Of a stretch of 64,000 bases of DNA, positions 10,451-23,084 are shown in pieces. This DNA comes from an uncultured Gammaproteobacteria bacterium. Lineage in GTDB: Bacteria > Pseudomonadota > Gammaproteobacteria > Steroidobacterales > Steroidobacteraceae. The stretch spans positions 23,960-87,959 of the forward strand of contig CAWEKK010000014.1 in NCBI GenBank assembly GCA_963809645.1, read 5' to 3'. Position numbers and translations under genes: made by a program. How positions within the stretch are numbered: the first letter of the stretch is position 1; each line of letters starts with the position of its first letter. A model generated the notes under the pieces. It did not search any database. It had not been told where the DNA came from and worked only from the letters and a program-made list of their open reading frames with translations.

Positions 10451-10926
10451 ATGGCGCGCGGCGTAAACAAAGTAATTCTGGTCGGAAACCTTGGGGCGGA
10501 TCCTGAAACGCGATCCATGCCCAGCGGAATGACGGTGACCAATATTCGGATCGCGACCAGCGAATCGTGGAAGGACAAGGCGTCCGGAGCTCAGCAAGAG
10601 CGCACCGAATGGCACAGCATCGCCTTATTCGGCCGTTTGGGCGAGATCGCCGCCGAATACCTGCGCAAGGGCTCTCAGGTATTCGTCGAGGGTAAGCTGC
10701 GGACCCGCAAATGGCAGGACAAGCAGGGCAACGATCGATTTACCACGGAAATCATCGCCGATAATATGCAAATGCTGGGCGGCCGTGCGGGCGGTGGCAG
10801 TGCGCGTGCGGCACGGGCGGCGGCGAACGCGGCTCAGGTGCGAGCGCGCCGCCGCGGGACGACTTCGATCAATCACCGGCGCCCGCCGGCGGAAAAGAGG
10901 AATTCGACGACGATATTCCGTTCTAG
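10451..10926 (+). pseudogene. ssb: Single-stranded DNA-binding protein, frame break in the Gly-rich tail near 10815
   Basis: The OB-fold N-terminus [21 protein letters not shown]...[37 protein letters not shown] is intact. The canonical acidic tip EEFDDDIPF* is present in another frame and ends at 10926. Confidence 0.9.
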
Positions 10927-10941
10927 GCTCGGGGAGGGGAC

Positions 10942-12000
10942 TTGGGCGCAAAGGCAGTGCGGACACCGGCTGATTCGACTGGCGGCAAGACCACGCTCTG
11001 CTCCTGGATCAAAGCGATTTGCCGTGCCCTGGATGCCGCCGGCTGCGATAGCGCCACGTTGCTCTCCGAAGCGGGCTTGGACCCGAAGTCGCTCGACTGC
11101 CCCACCGCGCGCTGCCCCGTAACCTACAGCCTGCGCCTGTGGAAAATTGCGCTGGCGGCCACAGGCGATCCCGCCTTCGGGCTCAAGGTGGCGAGCTATA
11201 TCCGGCCCACCAGTTTCCACGCCATGAGCTACGGCATGTCCGCGAGTTCGACCTTGAAAGAGGCGTTCGAGCGGGCGCAGCGCTACTGCCACATCGTCAG
11301 CGATGCGGTGGATTATCAGTTCTACCTGTGCGGCTCGGAATATCATTTCATCATTTCGCCGACAACCGAGCTGGGCGATGCGCCCATCGATGCGGTGGTC
11401 GGACTGTACCTGCGCATGTGCCGCTCGCTGATAGGCCGGGAATATTCTCCCGTACGCATTGAGTTTCGGCGCCCGCCGCCGGCGCGGCTCGATGATTTCG
11501 TGAATTTGCTGCGCGCACCGTTGACATTCAATGCGCTGCAGACCCGCCTGGTGTTCGACCGCGAAAGCGTCGAACGCCGCTTGGATGGCGGCAATCCGGA
11601 ACTGGCGCGGCACAACGACGCGATTGCGCTTCAATATCTGTCGCAACTCGAGCGCGACAACATCGAAGTGCGCGTGCGCGAAGTCTTGACGCAACGTCTG
11701 GCGCACGGCGAGCCTTCGCAAGAGGATGTCGCGGAGATTCTCAACATGAGCGCCCGCACCCTGCAGCGCAAACTGGGCGAAAGCGGCGCGACTTACAAGG
11801 ACATTCTCGATGAGACGCGCCGTGCGTTGGCGTTGGCCTATTTGAGCGCGCCGCGGCACAGCCTCAGCGATATCACCTATTTGCTGGGATTCTCCGCGGG
11901 CAGCTGCTTCACGCGCGCCTTTCGCCGCTGGACCGGACAGTCGCCCTCCGACTGGCGTGCCGCTGCCGGAGTGTTTCCGTCCAACGAGACGGCCGCGTAA
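10942..12000 (+). CDS. AraC family transcriptional regulator (N-terminal ligand-binding domain plus C-terminal HTH)
   Basis: 352-aa ORF. The C-terminal AraC HTH reads [36 protein letters not shown]...[31 protein letters not shown]. Confidence 0.85.
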   Translation: MGAKAVRTPADSTGGKTTLCSWIKAICRALDAAGCDSATLLSEAGLDPKSLDCPTARCPVTYSLRLWKIALAATGDPAFGLKVASYIRPTSFHAMSYGMSASSTLKEAFERAQRYCHIVSDAVDYQFYLCGSEYHFIISPTTELGDAPIDAVVGLYLRMCRSLIGREYSPVRIEFRRPPPARLDDFVNLLRAPLTFNALQTRLVFDRESVERRLDGGNPELARHNDAIALQYLSQLERDNIEVRVREVLTQRLAHGEPSQEDVAEILNMSARTLQRKLGESGATYKDILDETRRALALAYLSAPRHSLSDITYLLGFSAGSCFTRAFRRWTGQSPSDWRAAAGVFPSNETAA

Positions 12001-12043
12001 GGTCCCCGGCGCCCGTGCACGCGCGGGTGGAAAGTCTCGGCAG

Positions 12044-12898
12044 CTAGCTCAAGGTGCCGAGCGAGGTCTCCAATTCGTTCGCCAGTGCGATGAGTTTGGG
12101 GCGGACCTTTTCCAAGAGAAAATCCTTCGCGACCATGTAGGCGGGCGCGCCGCAATTGATCGACATGGGCGGCAGGCCGCCCCCGGGGCGCACCGGCACG
12201 GCGATGCCGTTGACGTCTTTTTGCCATTCCCCGAATGAACAGCAGACGCCGAGTTCGCGAATGTCGCGCAGGGCCCGTTCGATGCCCGCTTTGATCTCCA
12301 GCCAGCGATCATCGGCAACCAGCTCGCGCACCCGCTCCATGATTTCGTTTCTCTCGCTTTCCGGTACGGCGGTGATGTAGGCGCGGCCCATCGCCGAGGT
12401 GGCGATTTGAATTCGCGCACCCATGTCGAGACTCAAAGTGACCGCGCCGGAGCCGCGTACCACGTCGATGTACAGCATGGACAACCGATCGCGCGTGCCA
12501 AGGCTCACCATGCACTGGCCAAACTCGGCGAGTTCCTGCATCCGTGGATGGGCCAGCTTGCGGATGTCCAGGCGCGCCAACATGGCACTCCCGAGGCTCA
12601 AGGTCGCGATGCCGAGGCTGTACTTGGCACTCTCCTCGACATACACCAGGTAGCCCAGCTTGGTGAGGGTGTTGGTCAAGCGGGAGACGGTGGATTTCGG
12701 CAGGCCGCAGGCGCGGGCGAGATCTTGATTGCCGAGCATGCGATCGCCATGACGGAAACAGGCCAGCACCTCCAACCCCCTGCCCAGGGCGTTGACGAAG
12801 TGACGGTCGGCTTTGGCTGCCGCGGTAACCGCGGAAATGTTCGACTTCTTGGTCAGTATCATTGACAACCCCCAACCCGCCTCCCCATAATTTTGCAC
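12044..12898 (-). CDS. IclR family transcriptional regulator
   Basis: 284-aa ORF. The N-terminal wHTH reads LEVLACF...LGNQDLARACGLPKSTVSRLTNTLTKLGYL, followed by an IclR effector domain. It is divergent from the acyl-CoA dehydrogenase genes. Confidence 0.85.
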   Translation of the reverse strand: MQNYGEAGWGLSMILTKKSNISAVTAAAKADRHFVNALGRGLEVLACFRHGDRMLGNQDLARACGLPKSTVSRLTNTLTKLGYLVYVEESAKYSLGIATLSLGSAMLARLDIRKLAHPRMQELAEFGQCMVSLGTRDRLSMLYIDVVRGSGAVTLSLDMGARIQIATSAMGRAYITAVPESERNEIMERVRELVADDRWLEIKAGIERALRDIRELGVCCSFGEWQKDVNGIAVPVRPGGGLPPMSINCGAPAYMVAKDFLLEKVRPKLIALANELETSLGTLS

Positions 12899-12903
12899 TA
12901 TTT

Positions 12904-12934
12904 CAGAATTAAATTCTGTACTGCAGAACAGAAC
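12904..12934. promoter_or_regulatory. Candidate IclR operator: array of CAGAA/TTCTG half-sites
   Basis: Perfect palindrome CAGAATT-A-AATTCTG (12904-12918), then TTCTG-N5-CAGAA and CAGAACAGAAC. Half-sites start at 12904, 12914, 12924 and 12929. It lies in the 52-nt iclR/ACAD divergent gap. Confidence 0.35.
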
Positions 12935-12950
12935 TTAAACGGAAATCCCG

Positions 12951-14161
12951 ATGCGTCTAGAATTTACCGAACAGGAACAGGCCTTCCGCGAGGAGGTTCG
13001 CGCCTTTCTTCGGGACAAATTGCCGCCCCCAATCCGCGACAAGGTGCTCAACGGCTTTGAGCTCAGCCGGGACGATCATGTGCTGTGGCAACGCACCCTT
13101 CATGAGCGCGGTTGGGGCGGAGTGAGCTGGCCGAAAGAGTTCGGCGGTCCGGGCTGGAATTCGGTACAGCAATATATCTTCGAGGAAGAGACCGCACTGG
13201 CCGGCGCGCCGCGCCTGATCCCCTTCGGCACCAAGATGGTTGCGCCCGTCATCATGGCGTTTGGCAATGCCGCCCAGCAGCAGCGGTTTCTGCCGCCCAT
13301 CAGTTCCGGCGCCGAATGGTGGTGCCAGGGCTATTCCGAACCGGGCGCGGGCTCTGATTTGGCCTCGCTCAAGACCCGGGCGGTTTTAGGCGCGGATCAC
13401 TACATCGTCAATGGCCAGAAGACCTGGAACACGCTGGGCCAGTACGCCGATTGGATCTTCTGTTTGGTGCGCACCGACGCGGCCGCCAAGCAGCAATCCG
13501 GCATTACTTTTCTCTTGATCGACATGAAGAGTCCCGGGATTACGGTGCGGCCCGATCACGCTGTTGGACGGCGGTCATGAGGTCAATGAGATTTGGTTCG
13601 AGGATGTGCGGGTACCGGTTCAGAATCGGGTCGGCGATGAGAACAAGGGCTGGACGTATGCCAAGTTCTTGCTCGGGCACGAACGCACCAATATCGCCGG
13701 CATCGGCGGCGCCAAGCGCGAACTGGCCCGCCTCAAGCGGATCGCGTCGATCGAGCGCAAAAATGGCCGGCCGCTCATCGAGGATCCGCTTTTCGCCGCC
13801 AACATCGCGCAGGTCGAGATCGATCTGTGGGCGCTGGAGATCACCAATTTGCGCGTGTTGTCGGGCGAGCGGGGCGCCAAAGCGCCGGGCCCGGAAGCCT
13901 CCATTTTGAAGATCCGGGGCACCGAAATCGCACAACGCATCTCCGAACTGCTGATGCGGGCGGTCGGCGCCTATGCATTGCCGTTGCGGCGCGAAGCCAT
14001 GGAAGCGGGATGGCAATCGGACCCGACGCTCGAGGCAGCCGGACCGCGCTATGCCGTCGACTCTGGCTGCGGCGTACATGAATCAGCGCAAGCTGTCGAT
14101 CTTCGGCGGCACCAACGAAATTCAGAAGAACATCATTTCCAAGATGATCGTTGGTCTTTAG
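12951..14161 (+). pseudogene. Acyl-CoA dehydrogenase family protein, two frame breaks
   Basis: MRLEFTEQEQAFREEV...WWCQGYSEPGAGSDLASLKTRA...IVNGQKTWNT / GGHEVNEIWFEDVRVP...ILKIRGTEIAQ / AAAYMNQRKLSIFGGTNEIQKNIISKMIVGL*. Breaks lie near 13554 and 14050. Confidence 0.85.
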
Positions 14162-14179
14162 AGAACCGCAGAGAACCCC

Positions 14180-15326
14180 ATGAACTTCGAATTCAGCGAC
14201 GAGCAGCGGCAGCTGCAGGAAACGGTCGATCGTTATCTGACCGAGCAATACCCGTTCGAGAAATTCCGGGCCATCAACGCCTCGGCCGCGGGCTGGGACA
14301 AAGCGGCCTGGAAGGGGCTCGGCGGAACTCGGCGTGCTCGCGCTCAACGTGCCGGCGGCGCAGGGCGGGCTGGGGTTTGGCCCGCTGGAGACGCTCGAGC
14401 GTCATGGGTGCCTGCGGGCGCAGCTTGCTGCTCGAGCCGTTCTTGAGCAGCGCGGTGATCGCCACCGCGTTGCTGCGCAGCTTCGGCGCCGATGCCGCCG
14501 CCGCGCGAGTTGTTGACCCGGATGGCGGACGGCGAAGCGATCGCCGTGCTCGCGCATTACGAACCCGATTCGCGCTTCGAATCCCAGTGGGTGACGACCC
14601 GCGCGCGCAAGTCGGGCGAGATTTACACGCTTCGACGGCCACAAGGCCGTGGTGATGCATGCCGGTGCCGCCGACACGCTGCTGGTGTCGGCGCGTACTT
14701 CCGGCGAGCCCCAGGATGACGCGCAGGGCGTTTCGCTGTTTCGGATTCCGCGAGAAGCCAAGGGATTGAGCTTGGATCCGTATCCCACCATCGACGGCCA
14801 GCGCGCCGCCGATGTGTATTTGCAAGGGGTCGAGGTGCCGGCAAGCAGCCGCCTTGGCGCGGAAGGTGCGGCATTGCCGGCGATCGAAGCCGCGTTGGAC
14901 ATCGGTCTCGCGGCACTCTGCGCCGAGGCGGTGGGAGTCATGCAGGCGCTGGTCGACGCCACGGTTGCCTACGTGCAGTCGCGCCAGCAATTCGGCGTGG
15001 CCATCGGCCGCTTCCAAGCCTTGCAGCATCGCATCGCCGACATGCTGATTCATCTGGAGCAGGCGCGATCCATGAGCTACCTGGCCGCGCTGCGCTGTAG
15101 CGATGAGAATGTCGCCGAGCGGCGCCGCGCCTTGTCGGCGGCCAAGGCCGTCGTCGGCCAGTCGGCACGCTACGTCGGACAACAGGCCGTGCAGTTGCAC
15201 GGCGGAATGGGCATGACCGACGAACTCATTGTCAGCCATTGGTTCAAGCGCCTGACCGCGGCCGAGCTCATGTTCGGCGACAGCGATACGCATTTGCAGC
15301 GCTACGCTGCGCTCACCCGCGAATAG
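14180..15326 (+). pseudogene. Acyl-CoA dehydrogenase family protein (second, adjacent copy), about four frame breaks
   Basis: MNFEFSDEQRQLQETVDRYL.. / LAELGVLALNVPAAQGGLGFGP / LLEPFLSSAVIATALL / MADGEAIAVLAHYEP / VVMHAGAADTLLVSART...FQALQHRIADM...VQLHGGMGMTDE. Breaks lie near 14315, 14400, 14505 and 14630. Confidence 0.8.
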
Positions 15327-15347
15327 GAAAACTCTCAATGAGCTCAA

Positions 15348-16455
15348 TTGGCGAAAGCAGTTCTGGCGCGCGAAGTCGGCAAGCCGGTGTTGGTTGAACA
15401 AATCGAAGTTGCAGCGCCCCGGCACGGCGAGGTGACCGTGCGAATCGCGGCCTGCGGCGTGTGCCACAGCGATCTGTCCGCGACCAACGGCACGATCCCG
15501 TATCCGCTGCCCCTGGTATTGGGGCATGAAGGCGCGGGCGTCATCGTTGCGGTCGGCGACGGCGTCGAGAACTATGCCGTCGGCGATCATGTGGTCAGTT
15601 CATTCGTGAGCATGTGCGGCCATTGCCACTATTGTCAGACCGGGCGGCCGCAGCTCTGCGTGCAGTCGCTGAAGTCTTTGTTCACCCTGCCCGACGGCAC
15701 CGTGCGCACCCGCGATTCTGCCGGACAGGATCTGAACGTGTTCTGCGGCTGCGGCGTCATGGCCGAATATGCGACCGTGCACATGGGCAATGTGGTCAAG
15801 ATCGACCAAAAAATGCCCTTGGACCGTGCGGCGCTGATTGCCTGCGGCGTCATGACGGGAGTCGGCGCGGCTGTGAATACCGCCAAGGTCGAAGCGGGTT
15901 CGATCGCTGTCGATTTTCGGATGCGGCGGCGTCGGCTTGAACGCCATTCAAGGCTGCGCCATTGCCGGTGCCGGAATGATCGTGGCCGTCGACACCAGCG
16001 ATGAGAAGCTGGAGATGGCGAAGCAATTCGGCGCGACGCACGGCTACAACATCACCGGTCAACCGAGCGCGGGCAAGGATTTGTACAAACTCTGCGGCGG
16101 CGGCGCGGATTATGCGTTTGACTGCGTGGGCGCGGGCAAGATCTCGGAAATGGCGTGGGGGGTATTGCGCCGCGGCGGTACTGCGGTGATCGTCGGGATT
16201 GCCGGACCCACCGAGCAAATCACCCTCGGCGCGCAACAGGTCGCCACCACCGAGAAGACCTTGACGGGCAGCATGTACGGCGGAGCGCGCCCGCAGTTGG
16301 ATTTCCCGCGGCTCATCGGCCTGTACCGCAGCGGCCGTCTCAAGCTCGATGAACTGATCACGCGGACTTATTCCATCGACGAGGCGCCGCGCGCCTTTGC
16401 GGACTTGAATGCCGGAAAGCAGGGACGCGGGGTCATCATTTTCGACCTGCCTTGA
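15348..16455 (+). pseudogene. Zn-dependent alcohol dehydrogenase, one frame break near 15912
   Basis: Zn-ligand motifs are GVCHSDL and VLGHEGAGVIV, with the structural Zn site CGHCHYCQTGRPQLC. After the break come the Rossmann motif FGCGGVGLNAIQG and the C-terminal domain. Confidence 0.85.
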
Positions 16456-16487
16456 GGGCAACCTGCGCTCCGGCCTAAGCGCGGCAA

Positions 16488-17021
16488 TCACTCGTCGAGC
16501 AGCGTTTCCCCGGGGAACAACGCGTCGTTGAAGCCGAATTGGGTTAAATCACGGATACGGCGTGGATAAAGAATGCCGTCCAGATGATCGACTTCGTGCT
16601 GCACCACGCGCGCATGGAAATCCTGCACCGTGCGGTCGATCGGCATTCCCGCCGCATCAAAGCCCGTGTAGCGCAGCTCGCGGTAGCGCGGCACCAGGCC
16701 GCGCATGCCGGGAACCGACAGGCATCCCTCCCAGTCCTCCTCGAGCTCATCGCCGATCGGCGTGAGTTCGGGATTGATGAGCACCGTGTAGGGCACCGCA
16801 TCCGCTTCCGGATAGCGCGGATTCTCTTCAAAGCCGAAGATGACGACCCGCAGGCCCACCCCGATCTGCGGCGCGGCGAGCCCGGCGCCATTGAGATTTC
16901 GCATGGTGTCCTGCATATCGGTCAGCAGGTTTTCAAGGTCCGGCGTGCCGAATTCGGCCACCGGCTGCGCGACTGCCAGCAGCCGGGGGTCGCCCATTTT
17001 GAGAACTTCGCGTATTGCCAT
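16488..17021 (-). CDS. def: Peptide deformylase
   Basis: 177 aa with the three deformylase motifs [19 protein letters not shown] and [10 protein letters not shown]. Confidence 0.92.
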   Translation of the reverse strand: MAIREVLKMGDPRLLAVAQPVAEFGTPDLENLLTDMQDTMRNLNGAGLAAPQIGVGLRVVIFGFEENPRYPEADAVPYTVLINPELTPIGDELEEDWEGCLSVPGMRGLVPRYRELRYTGFDAAGMPIDRTVQDFHARVVQHEVDHLDGILYPRRIRDLTQFGFNDALFPGETLLDE

Positions 17022-17068
17022 GGTTCCTAGTATCTTAACGGCCTTTTCCCTGGGAGCCCATGCTGTAA

Positions 17069-18414
17069 ATGCCCGGCCTTTTATACATAAAGACGTTCGG
17101 CTGTCAGATGAACGAATACGATTCCGGCAAGATGCGGGATGTGCTCGAAGCGGCGCACGGCATGAAGAGCACCGACAATCCCGCCGAGGCGGACGTCCTG
17201 CTGGTCAACACCTGCTCGGTGCGCGAAAAGGCGCAGGAAAAGGTATTTTCGCTGCTGGGTGAATGGCGGCTTTTCAAGCAGCAGCGCCCGCATGTGGTTA
17301 TCGGCGTCGGCGGCTGCGTGGCCAGCCAGGAAGGCGAGGGCATCACCGCGCGCGCGCCTTTCGTCGATCTGGTGTTCGGGCCCCAGACCTTGCACCGCCT
17401 CCCGGCCATGATTCAGGGCCTCAAGCAGTCCGGCCGATCGCAGATCGACATCAGTTTTCCGGAAATCGAAAAATTCGATCGCCTGCCCGAGACGCGCACC
17501 AGTGCGGCCACGGCCTTCGTTTCCATCATGGAAGGCTGCAGCAAGTACTGCACTTTCTGCGTGGTCCCCTACACGCGCGGCGAGGAAATCAGCCGCCCGT
17601 TCGATCAGGTGCTGGCGGAGGTTGCACGCCTGGCGGAGCAGGGCGTGCGCGAGATCACGCTGCTCGGCCAGAACGTGAATGCCTATGCCGGACCGATGGC
17701 GGACGGAACGCTCGCGGATCTGTCGACGCTGATCCATTTCGTCGCCGGCGTCGACGGCGTCGAGCGCATTCGCTTTACCACATCGCATCCGCTGGATTTC
17801 AACGACAGCTTGATCGAAGCGTACGCCAACGTTGCGCAACTCAACAACTACCTGCATTTGCCGGTGCAAAGCGGTTCGGACCGCATTCTGGCCGCCATGA
17901 AACGCGGACACACGGTGCTGGAATACAAGCAGAAGCTGCGCAAGCTGCGGGCGGTGCGGCCGGACATCTGCATCTCCACCGACCTGATCGTCGGCTTTCC
18001 GGGGGAGACGGATGAGGACTTTCTGGCGACCATGAACCTGGTGGCCGAAGTCGGATTCGATCAGTCGTTCAGCTTTCTCTACAGCCGCAGACCCGGTACT
18101 CCCGCCGCTGCGTTGCCGGACGAAGTTCCGCACGAGCTCAAACAACTCAGGCTCGAGCTGCTGCAGCAGCGCTTGAACGGCCAGGCGCGTGCGATTTCGC
18201 AGCGCATGGTCGGCAGCCGGCAGCGGGTGCTGGTGGAGCGCCCGGCCAAACGCAATCCGGCGCAACTGGCCGGACGCACCGACAATAATCGTTGGGTCAA
18301 TTTCGACGGACCGGGCGATAATCCGCAATCGCTCATGAACAAATTCGCGGACGTCATCATCACCGAGGCCATGCCCAATTCGCTGCGCGGCCGTCTCGCC
18401 GCCGCCGGTGCGGC

Positions 18415-18418
<4 letters not shown>
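17069..18418 (+). CDS. miaB: tRNA-2-methylthio-N6-dimethylallyladenosine synthase (MiaB)
   Basis: 449 aa. It has [27 protein letters not shown], the radical-SAM motif [15 protein letters not shown] and a TRAM domain at the C-terminus. Confidence 0.95.
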
Positions 18419-19393
<975 letters not shown>

Positions 19394-19418
19394 GAGTGGC
19401 GGCGCGGCTCGAACTGAG

Positions 19419-19851
19419 GTGAGCTACGCATCGCGAAGCCCTTGGGTGCCGAGTGCCCGGCTGCTGAGGCAGTGGTCCAAAGCCGCGCTCGGCCCCCTGG
19501 CTAAGCCGGCCGTGCTTTCGGTGCGCATCGTCGGCAGGACCGCGCAGCCGCAGTTTGAACTCGCGTTATCGGCATAAACGCAAACCCACCAATGTGCTGT
19601 CCTTTGCCGGCGCCGGAATGGCCCCGGATGGACGCCTGTACCTCGGCGAGTTGGTGATTTGCGCCCCGGTCGTCGCGCTCGAGGCGCGGGCCCAGGATAA
19701 GACGCTGCAGGCGCACTGGGCGCATCTGACCGTCCACGGAGTTCTGCATCTACTGGGATTCGACCACGAGCGCGCGTCCGAAGCGAAGAAAATGGCAGCC
19801 CGGGAGATTCAAATCCTTGATCGGCTTGGGTTTTCAGACCCCTACCGCTGA
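19419..19851 (+). pseudogene. ybeY: rRNA maturation endoribonuclease YbeY, one frame break near 19535
   Basis: The C-terminal frame reads [17 protein letters not shown]...[16 protein letters not shown] (the H-x3-H-x5-H metal site). The N-terminal part (GTG 19419) is in another frame. Confidence 0.85.
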
Positions 19852-19870
19852 TCCGGTATGCTCTGCATCC

Positions 19871-20740
19871 ATGTCCGAACAGCCTCATGGCGGCACCACC
19901 GGCCGCTGGTTAAAACGCATTACACAGTCCATGTCCGGCGAACCGCGGGATCTCGCGGAGCTGGTCGAGAATCTGCGCGAGGCGAGTGAGCGCGGCTTAT
20001 TCGACGGCGATGCCTTGGTGATGCTCGAAGGCGTGCTGGCCGTTGCCGATATGCAGGTGCGGGACATCATGGTGCCGCGATCGCAAATGGTGTTTGTCGA
20101 GCGCGACGAGTCGCCCGAGAGATTGGTCGAGTTGGTGGTCGAGTCGGGTCATTCGCGCTTTCCGGTGATCGGCGAGGATCGCGATCAGATTTTGGGAATC
20201 CTGCTGGCCAAGGATTTGCTGCGGCTGCAGGCCGCGGCCGACGAGGACTTCGAGATTCGCGAATACATGCGCCCGGTGGTTTTCGTGCCGGAGAGCAAGC
20301 GCCTGAACGTGCTGCTCAAGGAATTTCGCCGCAACCACAATCACATTGCCATGGTGGTCGACGAATACGGCGGCGTGTGCGGCCTGGTGACCATCGAAGA
20401 TGTCATCGAGCAGATCGTCGGCGAAATAGACGATGAACATGACGTCGAGGATGACCAGACCATCCGCAAGGAGCGTCCGCGCGAATTCACGGTGCGTGCC
20501 TTGACGCCGATCGGCGATTTCAACCAGTATTTTTCCACGGCATTCTCCGACGACGAATACGACACCATCGGCGGCCTGCTGATGCAGGAGTTCGGCCGGC
20601 TGCCGCGGCGCGGTGAAACCATCAAGGTCGGCGATCTTGAGTTTCGCATCTTGCGCGCCGATCGGCGCCGCATCGATCTTCTGCACGTGACCGTTCCTTT
20701 TGACATCGAGCCGCCGGCCGTCAACGAGTCCAGCGCTTGA
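19871..20740 (+). CDS. corC: CorC/HlyC family Mg2+/Co2+ efflux-associated protein (CBS pair plus CorC_HlyC domain)
   Basis: MSEQPHGG...; VRDIMVPRSQMVFV, GHSRFPVIGEDRDQILGILLAKDLL, HIAMVVDEYGGVCGLVTIEDVIEQIVGEI. It sits in the canonical position after ybeY. Confidence 0.9.
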   Translation: MSEQPHGGTTGRWLKRITQSMSGEPRDLAELVENLREASERGLFDGDALVMLEGVLAVADMQVRDIMVPRSQMVFVERDESPERLVELVVESGHSRFPVIGEDRDQILGILLAKDLLRLQAAADEDFEIREYMRPVVFVPESKRLNVLLKEFRRNHNHIAMVVDEYGGVCGLVTIEDVIEQIVGEIDDEHDVEDDQTIRKERPREFTVRALTPIGDFNQYFSTAFSDDEYDTIGGLLMQEFGRLPRRGETIKVGDLEFRILRADRRRIDLLHVTVPFDIEPPAVNESSA

Positions 20741-22270
20741 GCGTCGCTGTGCGCGGCCCGCAGACCGCGCAGTGGAAACAGATCCTGGCGCGGTTGACGG
20801 CCGCTTTTGCCGTCGGCGCGAGCTTTAACCTCGGCTTCGCGCCCTTCGGCTGGTGGCCGATCGCCCTGGCGGCGCCGGCGGCGTTGTTCGCGCTGATCCG
20901 CGGATTGCCGCCGCGCCGCGCTTGCGCGGCGGGTGCGGCATTCGGCGTCGGCTTGTTCGCCTTCGGCACGTATTGGCTGTACACCTGCCTGCACGTGTTC
21001 GGCCTGGTGCCGGTCTGGCTGACGCTGGTGCTGCAATCCGTCCTGGTCGCCGCGATGTCCCTGTACCCCGCGGCGCTGTGCTACCTGGCAAATCGCTTTT
21101 GGCTAAAACCCGGCGCGACCCGCGACTGGTTGGTCTTGCCGGCGTTGTGGGTGCTGCTCGAATGGCTGCGCGGCTGGCTGTTGAGCGGATTTCCCTGGCT
21201 GTCCGTCGGCTACGCCATGATCGATTCACCGTTGGCGGGATGGGCTCCGCTGTTCGGCGTCTACGGCGTGACCTGGGCGGCGGCGATAGTTGCCGTGGCG
21301 ATCAATGTCGCACTGATGCCGGCCGTGACGCTGGCGCGGCGCGCCGATGGCACTTGCCGCCGCGGGGCTGCTGTTTTGCAGTGCCCACGGTGCTGGCGCA
21401 CGCGCAGTGGACGCATCCTGCAGGGCCGCCGATCGCAATTGCCGCCGTGCAAGGCGCGGTGCCTCAGGATCAAAAGTGGCAGTCTAAAAATCGCGAACTT
21501 ACCATGCAGCGCTATCTGCGCCTCACCGGCGAGGCGTGGGGAGCCGAGCTCATCGTCTGGCCGGAAGCGTCGCTGCCGGTATTGTCGATCGATATTCCCG
21601 ATTACCTGCAGCCGCCTCAAGGAGCAGGGGCGGGCGCACGACGCCGATTTCGCGATCGGCCTGGTCGATTATCGGCCGGCGACCAAACAATACTTCAACG
21701 GCATATTGGTCTTGAGCGCCGCCGGGGATGGTTGGTACTACAAGCGGCACTTGGTGCCGTTCGGCGAATACTTTCCGGTGCCGCGCTTTCGTGCGATCCT
21801 GGCTGCGCCTCATGAGCCTGCCCTATGATGACTTCACCGCCGGTACTTCGCGCCAGTCCGTCTTGAGCGCCGCCGGGCAGAAGTTGGGCCTGAGCATCTG
21901 CTACGAAGATGCATTCGGCAGTCAACAGCTTGAAGTACTGCGGCAAGCAACCCTGCTGATCAACGTGACCAACAATGCCTGGTACGGCGACTCGACCGCG
22001 CCGCATCAGCATTTGCAGATTGCGCGCATGCGTGCGCTCGAGGGCGGCCGATTCCTCGTGCGCGCCGCAAACGACGGCATTACGGCGGTGATCGATCCGC
22101 AGGGCAGGATCGTGGCGCGGCTGGCGCAATTCCAGGAGGGCGTATTGCGCACGACGCTGCAGCCGATGACCGGACTTACGCCGTACGCGCGCGCCGGCAA
22201 TTATCCCGTCGTGCTCGGCGCGCTGCTATTACTGGTGGTTGCCGCATGGCGCCGCCGCCGCGGCGAGTAG
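20737..22270 (+). pseudogene. lnt: Apolipoprotein N-acyltransferase (operon copy), three or four frame breaks
   Basis: The membrane N-terminus is intact to about 21345. The nitrilase-fold motifs occur in different frames: IVWPEAS (E), YYKRHLVPFGEYFP (K) and LSICYEDAF (C). Breaks lie near 21350, 21610 and 21790. Confidence 0.85.
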
Positions 22271-22271
22271 C

Positions 22272-22993
22272 CTATTCGAACAGCGGTTTGATTCCCGGGT
22301 CGCGCGCAATTCCGCCGTACAAATCGAAGCCTCGAGTGAGCCAGTCGCGCAGCGAGTCGTCGCGTTCCAGCAGCGGCAAGGTTCCCGCGCTGGCCGCCCA
22401 ATAAAATCCGCCGAGCGCAATATAATCGGCGAAGTTCGGGGCGCTGCCGCCGAGGAAGGCCGATCTTCTGCAGGTGCGTGCGCAGCGGCGCCAGCGAGGT
22501 ACGAATCGCCGGCAAATAGCTGGCGCGATCCTCCGTGAAGCTCTCCAACGTCTTGCCCTTCATGTTTTTCTCGCGGCTCTCGCGAAAATAGGGCTGGTCC
22601 TGCGGGCGAGCCGCGTCGTGCACATCCTTGACATAGACCCGGAACATTTTTCGCAGCACCTCACTCATGAACCAGGCGTCTATGAACCGCACCAGCGCAA
22701 GCTCGGCCGGCGTAGTGAACAGCAGCGGCTGCTGTGGGAATGCGCGATCCAAGTATTCGCGCGATGTCCCAACTTTCCGCGAGCGCGGTATCTCCATATT
22801 CAAGGATCGGAACGGTCTTGAATTTGCCGCCGAACGCCCGGGGAATATCGGTGAAACCCAGGTACACGGTCTCGAACGGGATTCCCTTGTGCGCCAGTGC
22901 ATAACGGATGCGCCATACGAAGGGACTGGCCGAGCGGCCGTCTGCCAGCGCGAGTTCGTAAAGGCGTACCTTGGCGACAGCGGATGCGGTCAT
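22272..22993 (-). pseudogene. Glutathione S-transferase family protein, two frame breaks
   Basis: MTASAVAKVRLYELALADGRSASPFVWRIRYALAHKGIPFETV...KTVPILEYGD / ...FIDAWFMSEVLRKMF... / ...FLGGSAPNFADYIALGGFYW...PLFE*. Breaks lie near 22745 and 22465. Confidence 0.8.
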
Positions 22994-23084
22994 GAGATTT
23001 CCTCGTTTGCTGCATGAACAATAGAATTCCGCGGCGCGCAAGCGTAAACCCGTTCGCGCACCGCCTACAAGCACCGCTGCCCTT

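Noticed and set aside
10873-11859. 328-aa ORF on the - strand
   Set aside because: It is antisense to the AraC-family regulator, which has a clear HTH, so this is a shadow ORF.
14274-15590. 438-aa ORF on the - strand
   Set aside because: It is antisense to the second acyl-CoA dehydrogenase and the ADH start. It is a shadow ORF.
17081-18328. 415-aa ORF on the - strand
   Set aside because: It is antisense to the intact miaB gene. It has no recognisable motifs and is a GC-rich shadow frame.
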